A stretch of DNA of 64,000 bases from an uncultured Opitutia bacterium (GTDB lineage: Bacteria > Verrucomicrobiota > Verrucomicrobiia > Opitutales > CAJWYM01). This document shows, in pieces, positions 44,952-56,912 of this stretch. Numbering within the stretch: position 1 is the first letter of the stretch; every line of letters begins with the position of its first letter. Location: positions 6,719-70,718 of the forward strand of contig CAJWYM010000005.1 in NCBI GenBank assembly GCA_913049555.1, read 5' to 3'. The notes below the pieces were generated by a model. That model saw nothing but the letters and a program-made list of their open reading frames with translations, did no database searches and was not told where the DNA came from. Both the position numbers and the translations under genes were made by a program.

Positions 44952-46017
44952 CCAAATCTACAATTTTTAGCATTTCTTTTACGACTCTTTGGCGTCCCAT
45001 CCCATCCACTAAATGATTGCCTTTCTCTTGGAGGATCGTCCGCTGTTCTGGATCATTGAATATGAGTTTTAATTTCTGTTTCACACTCTCAGGATCCCAA
45101 GTCCGAGCATCCCCAAGATGAACAATCGCTCCGAGTTTATTCAGGTGCTCCGCATTCATCCGCTGATTGTCTGCAATCGTGCAAGTGACACAAGGAACTC
45201 TCTTATTCATGAGTTCCCAAAGAGTGGCACCAGCCGCTGTGATTGCAAGGTCCGACCATTCAACCCAACGTGAAAAATTATCTTGAGCGGGAATTACAGA
45301 AAAACACCCATTTTGTAGTTGGATTCCCTCCCATTCTTTTAAATTATCAGCAATCACAACGAGCTCTAGTCTCAAGTGGGTTTCTATCTCGGCAATCCAC
45401 TTTAGTAGATGGTTAACCCAAGGATTGATAGAGCTTCCACCTAAAGTCAAAAGAACCTTAAAGGATTCATTTTCTTCTTGGGATTTTTGGGCCAGGTCTT
45501 GGTTTTGGGTCTGGTCATGGTCATGGTCATGGTCAAAATTTAAAAACTCGTTTCTCAACAAGCAATAATGAGTGCCCATCAAAAACTTAGAACCACTGGA
45601 AGATTTATTTAAATAATCCTCCGCTTTTGCATAAGGGTTCTGGTTGACGACCAAATCGGCATGATAAAAATCTCGATCCATCCCATCATCCATAATCCCC
45701 AATCTCACATTTGAAAGTTGATACACTTCATGGATCCAGTCCTCCTTAAAGTGATAACCATCCAACCAAACCCAGATCGGCCCTAATTTTGATAGGATCT
45801 TTGTTACCTGCTCGCAATAATCTTGAACAGAAAATAGCTTTAATTGAGCTCCTGATTGGTCAATCTTGCATCGAACGTGCTCTAACATATCGGAGGCTAA
45901 AAACTGAACTCGCCCCCCTCTTAAAATCCACTCTTGAGCAACAGCGATAGATCTCATTGCATGACCCGCACCTATGGATAAATTGGAGTCAGCCAAAATA
46001 ATAAGGGGCAAAATCAC
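44941..46017 (-). CDS. pseG: UDP-2,4-diacetamido-2,4,6-trideoxy-beta-L-altropyranose hydrolase-like (GT28-fold)
   Basis: N-terminal ADSNLSIGAGHAMRSIAVAQEW resembles the PseG G-x-GH-x-MR motif. It sits between pseC and pseI and overlaps pseI by 11 nt. Confidence 0.65.
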   Translation of the reverse strand: MILPLIILADSNLSIGAGHAMRSIAVAQEWILRGGRVQFLASDMLEHVRCKIDQSGAQLKLFSVQDYCEQVTKILSKLGPIWVWLDGYHFKEDWIHEVYQLSNVRLGIMDDGMDRDFYHADLVVNQNPYAKAEDYLNKSSSGSKFLMGTHYCLLRNEFLNFDHDHDHDQTQNQDLAQKSQEENESFKVLLTLGGSSINPWVNHLLKWIAEIETHLRLELVVIADNLKEWEGIQLQNGCFSVIPAQDNFSRWVEWSDLAITAAGATLWELMNKRVPCVTCTIADNQRMNAEHLNKLGAIVHLGDARTWDPESVKQKLKLIFNDPEQRTILQEKGNHLVDGMGRQRVVKEMLKIVDLDEN

Positions 46018-46019
46018 AG

Positions 46020-47174
46020 TTACAAAATACTCTTAAGCAATTCAATCACTCGATCCTGTTCCTTCTTCTTTAGATCATAGAACAAAGGAATAGAAATTGC
46101 ATTTTCATAATAATTCTCAGAAACAGGACAATAACCTCGATGAAAGCCAAGTTTTTCATAAAAAGGCTGCCAATAAACCGGAATGTAATGAACATTCACA
46201 ATGACATTTTTTTCACGCATAAAATCAAACACTTCTTTTCGGGAAATTCGATCGGATTGAACTTGAATCACATACAAGTGCCAAGAGGATGAAATCCCTT
46301 CTGCTTCGGTGGGTAAAATTAAGGGAAGACCAGACAGTTGTTCATTATAATACTGAACCAATTCCTTTCTTCTTGCCACAAATGCATCCAATCTTTTCAT
46401 TTGACTGCATCCTAAAGCCGCTTGAATGTCCGTCATTCTGTAGTGATATCCCATCTCCTCCATTTCATAATACCAGGCTCCCACTTCAAGACAGGCATCA
46501 TCACGAACGATTCCATGGGTTCTTAATTTACGAACTCGCTTTGCCAGATTTTCATCATTGGTAACGAGCATCCCACCCTCTCCAGTAGTCAAAATCTTGA
46601 CAGGATGAAAACTAAAAACCGTAATATCTGAGTATTTGCAAGAACCGACCTTCAACTCATTGTAAGTCCCGCCAATAGCGTGAGCCGCATCTTCAATTAC
46701 TTTAAACCCATACTTTTTAGACAATTGAAAAATTCTCTCCATGTCACAAGAACTTCCAGAAAAATGGACCGCTACAAGCACTGAAGGTAATTTTGCCAAT
46801 TCTTGGGCTTGCTCGAGCTTCAACGCGAGTGCGTCCACATCCATACACAAAGTTCGAGCGTCAATATCTACAAAATCGACTTCAGCCCCACAATACAAAC
46901 CGCAGTTGGAAGAAGCTACAAAAGTATTGGGAACCGTCCATAACAAGTCTCCTTTACCTATTTTTAAAGCGAGGCAAGCCAAATGTAGAGCTGCTGTACA
47001 ACTAGAAACTGCAATCGCATGCGCGGAGCCAACATACTCTGAAACTGAACTTTCAAATTCTTCAATTTTAGGTCCCTGAGTCACCCATAAAGATTGCAAT
47101 TGATCGACCACCGCATCCAAATCCTCTTCTACAATACTTTGTCTGGCATAAGGAATGTAAGGAGAAGCACTCAT
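46020..47174 (-). CDS. pseC: DegT/DnrJ/EryC1-type PLP aminotransferase (UDP-4-amino-4,6-dideoxy-N-acetyl-beta-L-altrosamine transaminase)
   Basis: IPYARQSIVEEDLDAV...WVTQGPKIEEFE, PLP-lysine region SFHPVKILTTGEGG. I chose the start at ATG 47174; the ORF-track start 47258 would overlap pseB. Confidence 0.85.
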   Translation of the reverse strand: MSASPYIPYARQSIVEEDLDAVVDQLQSLWVTQGPKIEEFESSVSEYVGSAHAIAVSSCTAALHLACLALKIGKGDLLWTVPNTFVASSNCGLYCGAEVDFVDIDARTLCMDVDALALKLEQAQELAKLPSVLVAVHFSGSSCDMERIFQLSKKYGFKVIEDAAHAIGGTYNELKVGSCKYSDITVFSFHPVKILTTGEGGMLVTNDENLAKRVRKLRTHGIVRDDACLEVGAWYYEMEEMGYHYRMTDIQAALGCSQMKRLDAFVARRKELVQYYNEQLSGLPLILPTEAEGISSSWHLYVIQVQSDRISRKEVFDFMREKNVIVNVHYIPVYWQPFYEKLGFHRGYCPVSENYYENAISIPLFYDLKKKEQDRVIELLKSIL

Positions 47175-47191
47175 AAGGTTTAAACTTTTTT

Positions 47192-48199
<1,008 letters not shown>

Positions 48200-48396
48200 T
48201 CAATAAACCCATCAGCATAGGGCGTTCCAATTGGATCAGCAAGACAAAGTATTTGTGGATTGAAGATTGTAGACAAAGGAAAAGTGCTCGAAATCAAAGA
48301 CTCTATGCCTCCCTATTAGAACCCAGAAAACCATCGAGAGAAAAGGCTGCTGAATAAAAAGGAGCGGTCTTTCCACCAAAAAACATCCAGATAGCT

Positions 48397-49194
48397 TCAA
48401 AGAACCATCGTTAAATCTTGATGTTCGAACTCGATTGCCAAACCTAAAAGGGTGAGAGATTTTTCATAGTCATAAACCCTTAAATTAGACTGTAAGAGTT
48501 TGCCCGCATCCCCGCCAGTAAGAGTAACAGAAACCTTCTCTTGACTGCTATTTCTCAACTCCTCCAAGACGGCCTTGAGCATAGACTCAATCATGCCGGC
48601 ATATCCAAGACCGCATCCCACTTTCATCGCAGCTACAGTCGATTTTCCAATCACAGAAGCAGGAACTTCAATCTCACTAGCGGGAATTTTCGGTAACAAC
48701 TCAGTCTTTTCATTCAGGTAATGAGTCATTAAACTCAAACCGGGAGCAATAATACCTCCCTCATAATATCCCTCAGCAGATAAAATATCAAAAGTAACTG
48801 CGGTTCCCATATCTATCACAATTGCTGGACAGCCATATAAATTTTTGGCTGCCACCGCATTTGCTAGGCGATCCTGTCCGATCTCTTCAGGCTTCGGGTA
48901 TTGAATCTTTATTCCTTTGATATTCCTACAATTTAAATGGTGGATTTTTTTGACAATTTTAGACAAATGCCTTTCAAAAACCTTATTCACTGAGGGAGCC
49001 ACGGAACAATAGCAACATCCAGATAATTTTTTTCCTTTTAATTTGTCCTGCCAGCTCCACAAGGATAAATCATCCCCCAGTGAACTCGTGGGGACTGACC
49101 ATTGATCTAATATTTTGCGCTGATTTATGATCCCAAAGTGCGCATGAGTATTGCCAATATCTACAGCTAAGAAGTTCTCAGTATTGGCTATCAT
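48397..49194 (-). CDS. coaX: type III pantothenate kinase
   Basis: LAVDIGNTHAHFGI N-terminal motif, IVIDMGTAVTFD, GG acetate/sugar-kinase fold. Its adjacency to birA is typical. Confidence 0.85.
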   Translation of the reverse strand: MIANTENFLAVDIGNTHAHFGIINQRKILDQWSVPTSSLGDDLSLWSWQDKLKGKKLSGCCYCSVAPSVNKVFERHLSKIVKKIHHLNCRNIKGIKIQYPKPEEIGQDRLANAVAAKNLYGCPAIVIDMGTAVTFDILSAEGYYEGGIIAPGLSLMTHYLNEKTELLPKIPASEIEVPASVIGKSTVAAMKVGCGLGYAGMIESMLKAVLEELRNSSQEKVSVTLTGGDAGKLLQSNLRVYDYEKSLTLLGLAIEFEHQDLTMVL

Positions 49195-50240
49195 AGCTGA
49201 GCCCTAGAGATACTCACTTCCCCGGAACGACAGCGAATCATTTTTCCAAATGAATCTTGAAGTAATAATTCACCCTGATGATTAATCCCCTTGCAAAAAC
49301 CAGCGATTCGACCATTGCCTGTCTTGACTTGGATTTCCTTACCTGCCAAAAAATCGTATTCGGACCAATCGAAAGATTTTAAAGTTAAATGACCTTTTAA
49401 ACACATTTGATAACAAGCATAGACCCGTTGCACCAACTCCGCAGAGAATTGATTGATAGGAAGATTGTACCCTAGTTCGTTAGAGAGGCTGGATGCTTTT
49501 TCTCTAAGTTCATTGGACATGAGCGTAATTCGCCCATTTATATTCAGACCCAATCCAAAAACAAGATCGATGACTTTTTCGGACTCTAAGCGAGACTCGG
49601 TCAACATGCCCGCTACCTTTTTATCCCCAATATAAATATCGTTGGGCCACTTGACCATCGCTTTGAGTTGTGTCTTCTCTCGAATAAACTCACATACAGC
49701 AGCCCCAACGATCAAAGTAAAAGGTTCTAACACTTTAATTCTTGCAGCAGGTCTAAAAGCAAAGCTTAAATAAAGATTTCGAAAATCTTTACTAGACCAC
49801 TCGCTGCCCATTCTTCCTTTGCCTTTAGATTGTTGGTTCGCAGTTACAATAAAAGGGGTATTTTCACCCAGTACCAATTTCCTGCTAGCCAGCTGATTCG
49901 TGCTCTCCATCTTCTCCTCATAGAATACAGAATCCTTCCATAAATCCGGAAGATAAGCGGTTAAAAGCTCCCCATGTATTTTGTTAGGTTCCTTAGATAA
50001 AGAATATCCTCGATTCCTTTGAGCTTTTATCTTAATTCCATCCTTTTGAAGCTTTTGTAAGCGTCCCCAGACAGAAACTTTACTGATTCCCAAGCGGAGA
50101 GCTAAATCGCTGCCAGACATATAACCTGGCTTCGCTTTTATGAGTTCTTTCAAAACCGTGACTTCAAGATCTTGAGTATCTTTTCGACGTTTACGAGAAG
50201 CGTTCCTATTTTTTTTACGAGCTAATGGTTTGTTGGGCAT
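49191..50240 (-). CDS. birA: bifunctional biotin-protein ligase / biotin operon repressor with basic N-terminal extension
   Basis: HTH MSGSDLALRLGISKVSVWGRLQKLQKDGIKI, ligase motifs QQSKGKGRMGSEW and VKWPNDIY..KKVAGML. It overlaps coaX by 4 nt. Confidence 0.85.
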   Translation of the reverse strand: MPNKPLARKKNRNASRKRRKDTQDLEVTVLKELIKAKPGYMSGSDLALRLGISKVSVWGRLQKLQKDGIKIKAQRNRGYSLSKEPNKIHGELLTAYLPDLWKDSVFYEEKMESTNQLASRKLVLGENTPFIVTANQQSKGKGRMGSEWSSKDFRNLYLSFAFRPAARIKVLEPFTLIVGAAVCEFIREKTQLKAMVKWPNDIYIGDKKVAGMLTESRLESEKVIDLVFGLGLNINGRITLMSNELREKASSLSNELGYNLPINQFSAELVQRVYACYQMCLKGHLTLKSFDWSEYDFLAGKEIQVKTGNGRIAGFCKGINHQGELLLQDSFGKMIRCRSGEVSISRAQL

Positions 50241-50246
50241 AAAAAG

Positions 50247-51176
50247 TTAATTTTCTTTCCAATCGAAAGCAATATCAATCCACTGACTCTGGTGAACCAA
50301 GGAGCCACAAGAGATAAAATTCAAACCGAGGTTTGAATAATTCTGAATTGTCTCCAAAGAAATCCCTCCACTTGCCTCGGTGAAGGCATCCGAACCTATT
50401 AAATCTAAGGACTCGACAATGGCTGCAGGTGAAAAGTTGTCTAGCATTATAATATCTGCATTTGCATCCAGAACCGGCTGGATTTGACAGAGGTGATCCA
50501 ATTCTACTTCAACTAAAAGCTCAGGATACTTTTGCTTGGCGGATTCAACCGCTCTTTTTAAGCGATCTCCTTGGGTCGATGAGGATGCAGCCAGATGGTT
50601 GTCTTTAATCAATACACGATCAAAAAGACCGATTCTATGATTCCAAGCACCCCCACAAGCCACAGCATATTTTTCTAAAATCCGATATCCTGGGGTCGTC
50701 TTTCGAGTATCCAACAATCGAGTTTGAGTGCTACCCATTTGGTGAATATACCTTTGGGTGTTCGTAGCGATTCCAGAAAGATGCTGAATGAAATTGAGAA
50801 AAACTCTCTCTAACTGCAAAATTTGCGAAGCATCCCCGGTCAATCGAGCTAAAGTTTCACCCGGATGAACAGAAGATCCGTCCTTGGCAGTGACTTCAAA
50901 ATGACCATTAAAACCATATACTTTCACGACCGATGGCAACAATTCCAAACCAGAGACCACCATAGATCGACGAGCAATTACTGCAACCTCCCCAGTATTA
51001 TTGTAACTGAATGATTGAGACGAAACATCCTCATGCTTGAAGTTTTTTGCCTTGAGCCAACCCAAACCTTCTAGATCTTCCAATCTTGCCAATTCAATCA
51101 AATTTTCTATGGCTTTGAGGTCTACTTCATTCCATACAACTCGAGAACATACTCGATCTAAATCAAGCTCTGACAT
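50247..51176 (-). CDS. nadC: nicotinate-nucleotide (quinolinate) pyrophosphorylase
   Basis: LLDTRKTTPGYRILEKYAV.CGG..NHR.GLFD.VLIKDNH and IMLDNF, EASGGI motifs. Confidence 0.9.
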   Translation of the reverse strand: MSELDLDRVCSRVVWNEVDLKAIENLIELARLEDLEGLGWLKAKNFKHEDVSSQSFSYNNTGEVAVIARRSMVVSGLELLPSVVKVYGFNGHFEVTAKDGSSVHPGETLARLTGDASQILQLERVFLNFIQHLSGIATNTQRYIHQMGSTQTRLLDTRKTTPGYRILEKYAVACGGAWNHRIGLFDRVLIKDNHLAASSSTQGDRLKRAVESAKQKYPELLVEVELDHLCQIQPVLDANADIIMLDNFSPAAIVESLDLIGSDAFTEASGGISLETIQNYSNLGLNFISCGSLVHQSQWIDIAFDWKEN

Positions 51177-51196
51177 TGAAAAGCACAGGATTAAGA

Positions 51197-52348
51197 TTAT
51201 TGAGCTGCTACGAGATCGTAAAAACTTTTAAAATAACAATCAGCATCGTTAGGACCCGGAGCCGCTTCTGGATGGTATTGGACAGAAAATACTGGCAACT
51301 CTTTGTGGCGTAAACCCTCCACCGTTTGGTCGTTCAAATTAATCTCCGTTACCAGAGCTCCAACTCTCTCTAACTCTTCTTGCGTGGAAGCAAAACCATG
51401 ATTCTGAGAAGTGATCAATACTTGACCTGTTTCCAAATTTTTAACAGGTTGATTTCCTCCCCGATGACCAAACTTCAACTTGAATGTTTTGGCACCCAGA
51501 GCATGGGTAATGATTTGATGTCCCAGACAAATCCCGAAAGTTGGATAATGTTGCATCAATTCTCGGACCGTTTCATGGGCATATTTAACAGCAGAAGGGT
51601 CCCCAGGACCATTGGATAGAAAAAGGCCTGAAGGATTGAACTCTTTAATTTCATCGGCACTGACACTCGCTGGAAAAACTTTCACCTTAAAACCATGGTA
51701 GCGAAGTTTTCGGTAGATGGACAGCTTTGCACCAAAGTCAATCGCTGCAATTTGAAATTCTTTACGTTTGTGAGAAGGAGGAATCAATTCGGTTCCTGGC
51801 ACTGCAAAAGGAGCAGTTTCCTTGTGGTTGACATCCCAATCATAAGACTCTTTTACCGTTACTTTCTGAACATAATCATGCCCCTCAAGACCCTCAAATT
51901 TTTTGGCTTCAAGGATTGCATCTGCTTCCGAAATCTTTTCCGTTGAAAGACACACCTTCATAGCTCCAGACTCTCGAAGTTTCTTTGTGATCGCACGAGT
52001 ATCTACCCCTTCAATTCCCGGGATATCAAACTCTTTCAAAAAATCACAAACACTTTTTTCTGACCTCCAGGAACTGGTTATTGGACTCAGTGCTCGAACG
52101 ACAAAGCCGTGAAGTTTTACACCGTCAGATTCCATATCGGAAGCGTTCACTCCATAGTTGCCTATTTGGGGAGTAGTCATGGTTAGAACCTGACCAGAAT
52201 AAGAGGGATCCGTGAGGATTTCTTGGTACCCTGTCATACTGGTATTGAATGCCGCTTCTCCGGAGACTGTTTTGGATGCCCCAAAACCACTGCCTCGAAA
52301 TACTGTGCCGTCTTCAAATGCTAAAATTGCCTGCTTTGTATCTGCCAT
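51197..52348 (-). CDS. carA: carbamoyl-phosphate synthase small (glutaminase) subunit
   Basis: LAFEDGTVFRG..FGA, TDPSYSGQ, GICLGHQ catalytic Cys, VQYHPEA. Confidence 0.95.
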   Translation of the reverse strand: MADTKQAILAFEDGTVFRGSGFGASKTVSGEAAFNTSMTGYQEILTDPSYSGQVLTMTTPQIGNYGVNASDMESDGVKLHGFVVRALSPITSSWRSEKSVCDFLKEFDIPGIEGVDTRAITKKLRESGAMKVCLSTEKISEADAILEAKKFEGLEGHDYVQKVTVKESYDWDVNHKETAPFAVPGTELIPPSHKRKEFQIAAIDFGAKLSIYRKLRYHGFKVKVFPASVSADEIKEFNPSGLFLSNGPGDPSAVKYAHETVRELMQHYPTFGICLGHQIITHALGAKTFKLKFGHRGGNQPVKNLETGQVLITSQNHGFASTQEELERVGALVTEINLNDQTVEGLRHKELPVFSVQYHPEAAPGPNDADCYFKSFYDLVAAQ

Positions 52349-52385
52349 AAAATTCTAATCTACTGGTTCTAAACATTCCTGCAAT

Positions 52386-52685
52386 TCAAAAAGGGGTAAC
52401 TCCCTTTTTAAGGATAAGATTCCCATACTTTACGGTCTCCCCAGTCATAACAACTGCAAAGGCCTTTTTCGCTCTTTCATAAAAGGCAAATCTCTCAATT
52501 TTCTCGATGCTATCAATCTTTAGTTGGGTTGCTTGAACCTTTTTCAAATAGCTGGCTTCTACTTTTGGATTGAATGTTTCACCATTAAAGTGAGCATCCG
52601 CAAGAATAATTTCATCTCCATGTCCCATTCTGTATAAAGTGGAAAGCAAATCTGGACTGAGAAAGGGAGAGATTCCTTTTAGCAT
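52386..52685 (-). CDS. RbsD/FucU-family (fucose mutarotase-like) protein, unusually short
   Basis: [33 protein letters not shown] and the C-terminal [21 protein letters not shown]...[10 protein letters not shown] match FucU ends. The middle of the family consensus seems to be missing. I chose the start at ATG 52685. Confidence 0.55.
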   Translation of the reverse strand: MLKGISPFLSPDLLSTLYRMGHGDEIILADAHFNGETFNPKVEASYLKKVQATQLKIDSIEKIERFAFYERAKKAFAVVMTGETVKYGNLILKKGVTPF

Positions 52686-52692
52686 AAAATTC

Positions 52693-54810
52693 TTAGTCAA
52701 GATCCAACATAGACTGTTCTGAGGGTTTGTCATTGAAATTTGGCTTGTCGCTTTTAGGAGACAAAATTGAGGAGTCTTTTACTGGAAGCTCTTGATTAGA
52801 ATCCACCTTGGGAGCACGAACAATTTTACTTACTTTGTGCTTGGTAATGATATTTCCAATAGAACCACGACCTTTTATTGCCAAGGATGAAAAATCAAAT
52901 TCTAAGATCAATTTGCGCAGCTTCAACTCAGAATCTAAATGAACCAATAACTTATCGGCAACTCTATCATCCTCGTGCCAAGCAAAGAATAAAACTCTCG
53001 TTCCTGGAGACCCTTTCGTAAGCTCATACTCTCGATCTCTAGTAATTCCACTGACTTGAAATCTTTTTCCATAAACCGTTCCATTCTTTCCATCTCGGTA
53101 AATCAAACTGTAGGTCCGCTTCACCTCTTTTCTAAAAACAGCCACGTATAGAGAATTTTTCCCTATGAATGATTTTTCTTGGATTTTAGAGACAAACATC
53201 GTTCCATTTCTTCTAAAAACAACGATGTCATCTAAAGTAGAGCATTTCTCAATTTCAATATCTTTTTTTAAACCATAACCGGCAAAACCGTCTTGTCTAT
53301 TGAGATATAAGACTGCGTTGCTCATAGCGACTGCAGCAGCGGAAATGGTAGAGAATGAGTCCACTATGGTTTTTCGATCCCTTCCAGATCCGTATTGCTT
53401 CTTGATTCTCTTAAAATAACGGATTGTAAATTTAGTCAAGTGAGCCAAATCATTTTTTACCTCTTCAATCTCGTCTTCAAAGCCTCGAATCTGTTCTTCT
53501 GCCTGGAAAGAGTTGAATTTAGAAATTCTCTTGATTCGAATTTCTAACAGTCGAAGCAAATCTTCGTGAACAATCGCTCGCTTAAAAAGCTTTCGATAGG
53601 GATCCAATCCCCTCTCAACAGTAGCGATTACACCCTCCCAAGTCTCCTCTTCTTCAATTCGACGATAAATTCTTTTCTCAATAAAAATCTTTTCTAAAGA
53701 TGCAAAGTGCCATTTTTCCTCCAATTCAGAAAGACGAATTTCTAATTCGCGCTGAAGCAAGCCCTTTGTCTCAAAAGTAGAAAGCTTTAAAAGCTCATCC
53801 ACGTTAGTGAAAACCGGTTTCTCGTCGTGAATCACACAAGCATTCGGAGAAATACTCACTTCGCAATCAGTGAATTTGTAAAGGGCCTGTATGGACTGTT
53901 CCGAGCTGTATCCAGAACTTGTAGGGAACTGAACCATAATTTCTACATTTTCAGCGGTATTGTCATCGACCCTTTGGATTTTAATCTTCTGCTTTTCATT
54001 GGCAGACAAAATCGAATCGATCAAACTCGTAGTGGTTGTATTGAATGGAATTTCAACAATTTTCAATAAATTCTTCTTAACAACCTCAATTTTAGCGCGG
54101 ACTCGGATCTTACCACCTCGGTGACCCCTGTTGTAGTCGCTTGCATCAATCAACCCGCCTGTTGGGAAATCTGGTATTAGATGCGTCTCCTTACCTCTTA
54201 AAACATCTATGGAAGCATCTAAAAGCTCATTGAAGTTATGAGGCATCACCTTCGTAGACAAACCGACAGCGATCCCCTCGACCCCTTGAGCCAAAAGCAT
54301 AGGAAACTTCATAGGCAAAGTAACCGGCTCTTTATTGCGTCCATCGTAGGACAATGCCCAAATCGTTGTTTTCGTATTAAAAGCAACATCCAAGGCAAAC
54401 TTGGTCAAACGAGCCTCAATATATCGAGGTGCGGCCGAAGAATCCCCCGTAAAAACATTGCCCCAGTTTCCTTGAGTATCAATCAGCAACTCTTTTTGGC
54501 CAATTTGAACCAATGCATCCCCGATCGAAGCATCTCCATGGGGATGATACTTCATTGTGTGGCCAATCAGGTTGGCTACTTTGTTATAGCGACCATCATC
54601 CAAATCTTTCATTGAATGCAAAATCCTGCGTTGAACCGGCTTCAAACCATCATTCAAATGGGGAACAGCACGTTCAAGAATTACATAGGATGCATAATCC
54701 ATAAACCACTCGCTATACATATCCGAAACGTGCGTAACGTCCGTTTTGATTGTTTGCGATTGAATTTCTTGTTGTTCCTCTTCGTCCATAAATTTCAAAG
54801 TAAAATTCAA
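52693..54810 (-). CDS. parC: type IIA topoisomerase subunit A (ParC-like; no GyrA box seen)
   Basis: [44 protein letters not shown], active-site Tyr region [10 protein letters not shown], and a short C-terminal beta-pinwheel region without a QxRGGxG box. Confidence 0.8.
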   Translation of the reverse strand: MNFTLKFMDEEEQQEIQSQTIKTDVTHVSDMYSEWFMDYASYVILERAVPHLNDGLKPVQRRILHSMKDLDDGRYNKVANLIGHTMKYHPHGDASIGDALVQIGQKELLIDTQGNWGNVFTGDSSAAPRYIEARLTKFALDVAFNTKTTIWALSYDGRNKEPVTLPMKFPMLLAQGVEGIAVGLSTKVMPHNFNELLDASIDVLRGKETHLIPDFPTGGLIDASDYNRGHRGGKIRVRAKIEVVKKNLLKIVEIPFNTTTTSLIDSILSANEKQKIKIQRVDDNTAENVEIMVQFPTSSGYSSEQSIQALYKFTDCEVSISPNACVIHDEKPVFTNVDELLKLSTFETKGLLQRELEIRLSELEEKWHFASLEKIFIEKRIYRRIEEEETWEGVIATVERGLDPYRKLFKRAIVHEDLLRLLEIRIKRISKFNSFQAEEQIRGFEDEIEEVKNDLAHLTKFTIRYFKRIKKQYGSGRDRKTIVDSFSTISAAAVAMSNAVLYLNRQDGFAGYGLKKDIEIEKCSTLDDIVVFRRNGTMFVSKIQEKSFIGKNSLYVAVFRKEVKRTYSLIYRDGKNGTVYGKRFQVSGITRDREYELTKGSPGTRVLFFAWHEDDRVADKLLVHLDSELKLRKLILEFDFSSLAIKGRGSIGNIITKHKVSKIVRAPKVDSNQELPVKDSSILSPKSDKPNFNDKPSEQSMLDLD

Positions 54811-54865
54811 ACTATGTCTAGGTATTCTTTCAATATTAAAAGATGAAAAATAATACAGAGGTGCT

Positions 54866-55717
54866 CTAACGCTTTTGAATGATAGCCTTCAGTCGATCCC
54901 ATTCATCCATAAATTTTTTCAAATGAGTTTTACCATTTTCAATTTCATTCAGTAAAAGTTCACGAACAAGCCTTTGTTCCTCCTCATAAGCAGAAGAGTT
55001 TAAAAGACCTGCAAAATGAGCGATTCGTGCCCAAAGTAAATGAGTTGTAAAGGCATCAAATTCGTTGTACTGGACAATGGAGTTCAGATCCCCTCGGATC
55101 CACATGGCCGGAACAGACTGTCCGTCCATCTCCATCTTACCAGGGATTCCGCTCAAAGTAGCCGCTTGATGAAGAGAAGGAGTTTGAGCCCCTCGTCCCA
55201 TGCAGGCACCAAGATCAATATGATAATCGCTGTGATTGCTGAAATAATCCACACCCTCCCATGGTTTCTCAGGTCGGGTTCCAACCCCTTGTCCAAAAAG
55301 TCCGTGAACAACCGACCTTTGCATAATGATAGGCACATCGGCATTGACAGAATTGTAACCAACTAATTGAGGTTTATTTCTACCCACTGCCTTTAAAAAG
55401 CCTTTTAAGATTTTCTCTTCCTCGCACAATTCTTTATTGGATGCATCTGAAGGCAATGAAATCAATTTTAAATCGACTTGGTCTTGGTTGTTTTCTCGTA
55501 GGATTCCACAAATAGAAACAATGCGGCATAAGATTGTTTTTATGTAAGGTTGAGGATTTTCTTTGGTGCCTCCATTGTTTTTCCACAATGCATGAAAAGA
55601 GTCCTCATAGCTATGAGGCGGATGGTCCTCCACTCCATAAAGAATTTCAGCAGACAATGGATCGGGAATCCATTCCACATCAAAAGAAAAAACTGTGGGA
55701 AGAATATTTTTGAACAT
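54866..55717 (-). CDS. DEDDy 3'-5' exonuclease, PolB-exonuclease-like (RNase H fold)
   Basis: Exo I FDVEW, Exo II GYNSVNADVPI, Exo III YNEFDA motifs in the right order; 283 aa. Confidence 0.55.
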   Translation of the reverse strand: MFKNILPTVFSFDVEWIPDPLSAEILYGVEDHPPHSYEDSFHALWKNNGGTKENPQPYIKTILCRIVSICGILRENNQDQVDLKLISLPSDASNKELCEEEKILKGFLKAVGRNKPQLVGYNSVNADVPIIMQRSVVHGLFGQGVGTRPEKPWEGVDYFSNHSDYHIDLGACMGRGAQTPSLHQAATLSGIPGKMEMDGQSVPAMWIRGDLNSIVQYNEFDAFTTHLLWARIAHFAGLLNSSAYEEEQRLVRELLLNEIENGKTHLKKFMDEWDRLKAIIQKR

Positions 55718-55830
55718 AATTCCAAGATTATAATCTCAAACGGGGATTCACAATAGAAAGTGATCTTAATTTAAAAAATCTTAACCAAAGCTTGAATCCA
55801 CCCAGAAAACATAGAGAGGTCTAATGAGGA

Positions 55831-56229
55831 TTATGAAGTTTTCCGGAGGCTTTTAACTTTTTTCATTTGAAGTATAAAACGAACGACTGAAGCAATACAG
55901 ACAACCGCGGTTGGAAACCATAGTGAAAACATATAAAAAACTCCTTTTTGGAGCATAATATCAGCAAAGAAAGCTTGATTACTGAAAAAGAAAAAGGTGG
56001 CAAACCCAAGAATCAATGTAGATCCAACACTTATAAATCTGAGGCTTCGACATTCAATCGTAGCAATTGCTAAAGGTTTGTTGACTTCCTCCTCCCCTGC
56101 AAACTTTGAAATCAGCGAAACCAGCAAACGACTGCCTATGATGACATAGGTAAAAACAGCCAAAACCACGATCAAGCTGTATTTCCATAAAACACCCAAG
56201 CTTGGCAATTGGTTTTCAATCTCGATCAT
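55831..56229 (-). CDS. hypothetical 4-TM membrane protein
   Basis: Hydrophobic segments are present. I chose ATG 56229, just downstream of the M50 protease stop, to avoid the 118-nt overlap implied by the ORF track. Confidence 0.4.
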   Translation of the reverse strand: MIEIENQLPSLGVLWKYSLIVVLAVFTYVIIGSRLLVSLISKFAGEEEVNKPLAIATIECRSLRFISVGSTLILGFATFFFFSNQAFFADIMLQKGVFYMFSLWFPTAVVCIASVVRFILQMKKVKSLRKTS

Positions 56230-56237
56230 GTCCAAAC

Positions 56238-56912
56238 TCAGCCTATTAAAAAAATTAGAATATTTTGATAAGGGATTAAAAGGATCGAAGACAAGATATG
56301 AATGATTCGAATCAATGGACTGAAAATAAAAACAAGCATAATTACAAATCCCCACCTGCTTAAGCTTTCATACATTTCATCGGACATATTTGTCAGATAC
56401 TTAAGAAAATAAGAACCATCTAACGGAGGAATTGGAAGCATATGAAAAATCGCCAAGATAATATTGATTTGAATGATATTGCCAGCAAGTTTAATAAAAT
56501 TCTGGGCAGTTTCAGTATCCGGTCCTAGTATTCGAACTACGATCCCTCCAATGACAGCTGCGATCAATCCAATTGCTAAATTTGAGGCGGGTCCTGCCCC
56601 CATAGAAAGCAAATGGTCGCGAACAGGATTTTTAAAAGATCTGGGATCGACTGTAACAAATTTACCCCAACCAAGCATCATAAACCCCAAAGAGAAACCA
56701 AAGGCTGGACCAATAAAAAAAACAACGGGAATGATAATGGTCCCCAAAATATCAATATGGGGAGCAGGATTCAAAGTGACTCTACCCTCAGATCGTGGAG
56801 TATTATCTCCTAACCTATCGGCAACATAAGCATGAGACCACTCATGGATAATGACACTGATAAACATGATCAAGCACATTACAATGCCCTGAAAAAGAAG
56901 TTCTGTATCCAT
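56238..56912 (-). CDS. site-2 protease family (M50) zinc metalloprotease
   Basis: HEWSHAYVA (HExxH) in a TM helix and the second motif NIILAIFHMLPIPPLDGS. Confidence 0.8.
   Translation of the reverse strand: MDTELLFQGIVMCLIMFISVIIHEWSHAYVADRLGDNTPRSEGRVTLNPAPHIDILGTIIIPVVFFIGPAFGFSLGFMMLGWGKFVTVDPRSFKNPVRDHLLSMGAGPASNLAIGLIAAVIGGIVVRILGPDTETAQNFIKLAGNIIQINIILAIFHMLPIPPLDGSYFLKYLTNMSDEMYESLSRWGFVIMLVFIFSPLIRIIHILSSILLIPYQNILIFLIG

Noticed and set aside
52386-52412. I considered the AAAAAGGG-gtaact-CCCTTTTT hairpin as an independent terminator feature.
   Set aside because: It lies within the last codons of the FucU-like gene, has only three G:C pairs, and carA starts 38 nt downstream. The evidence is insufficient to call a terminator.
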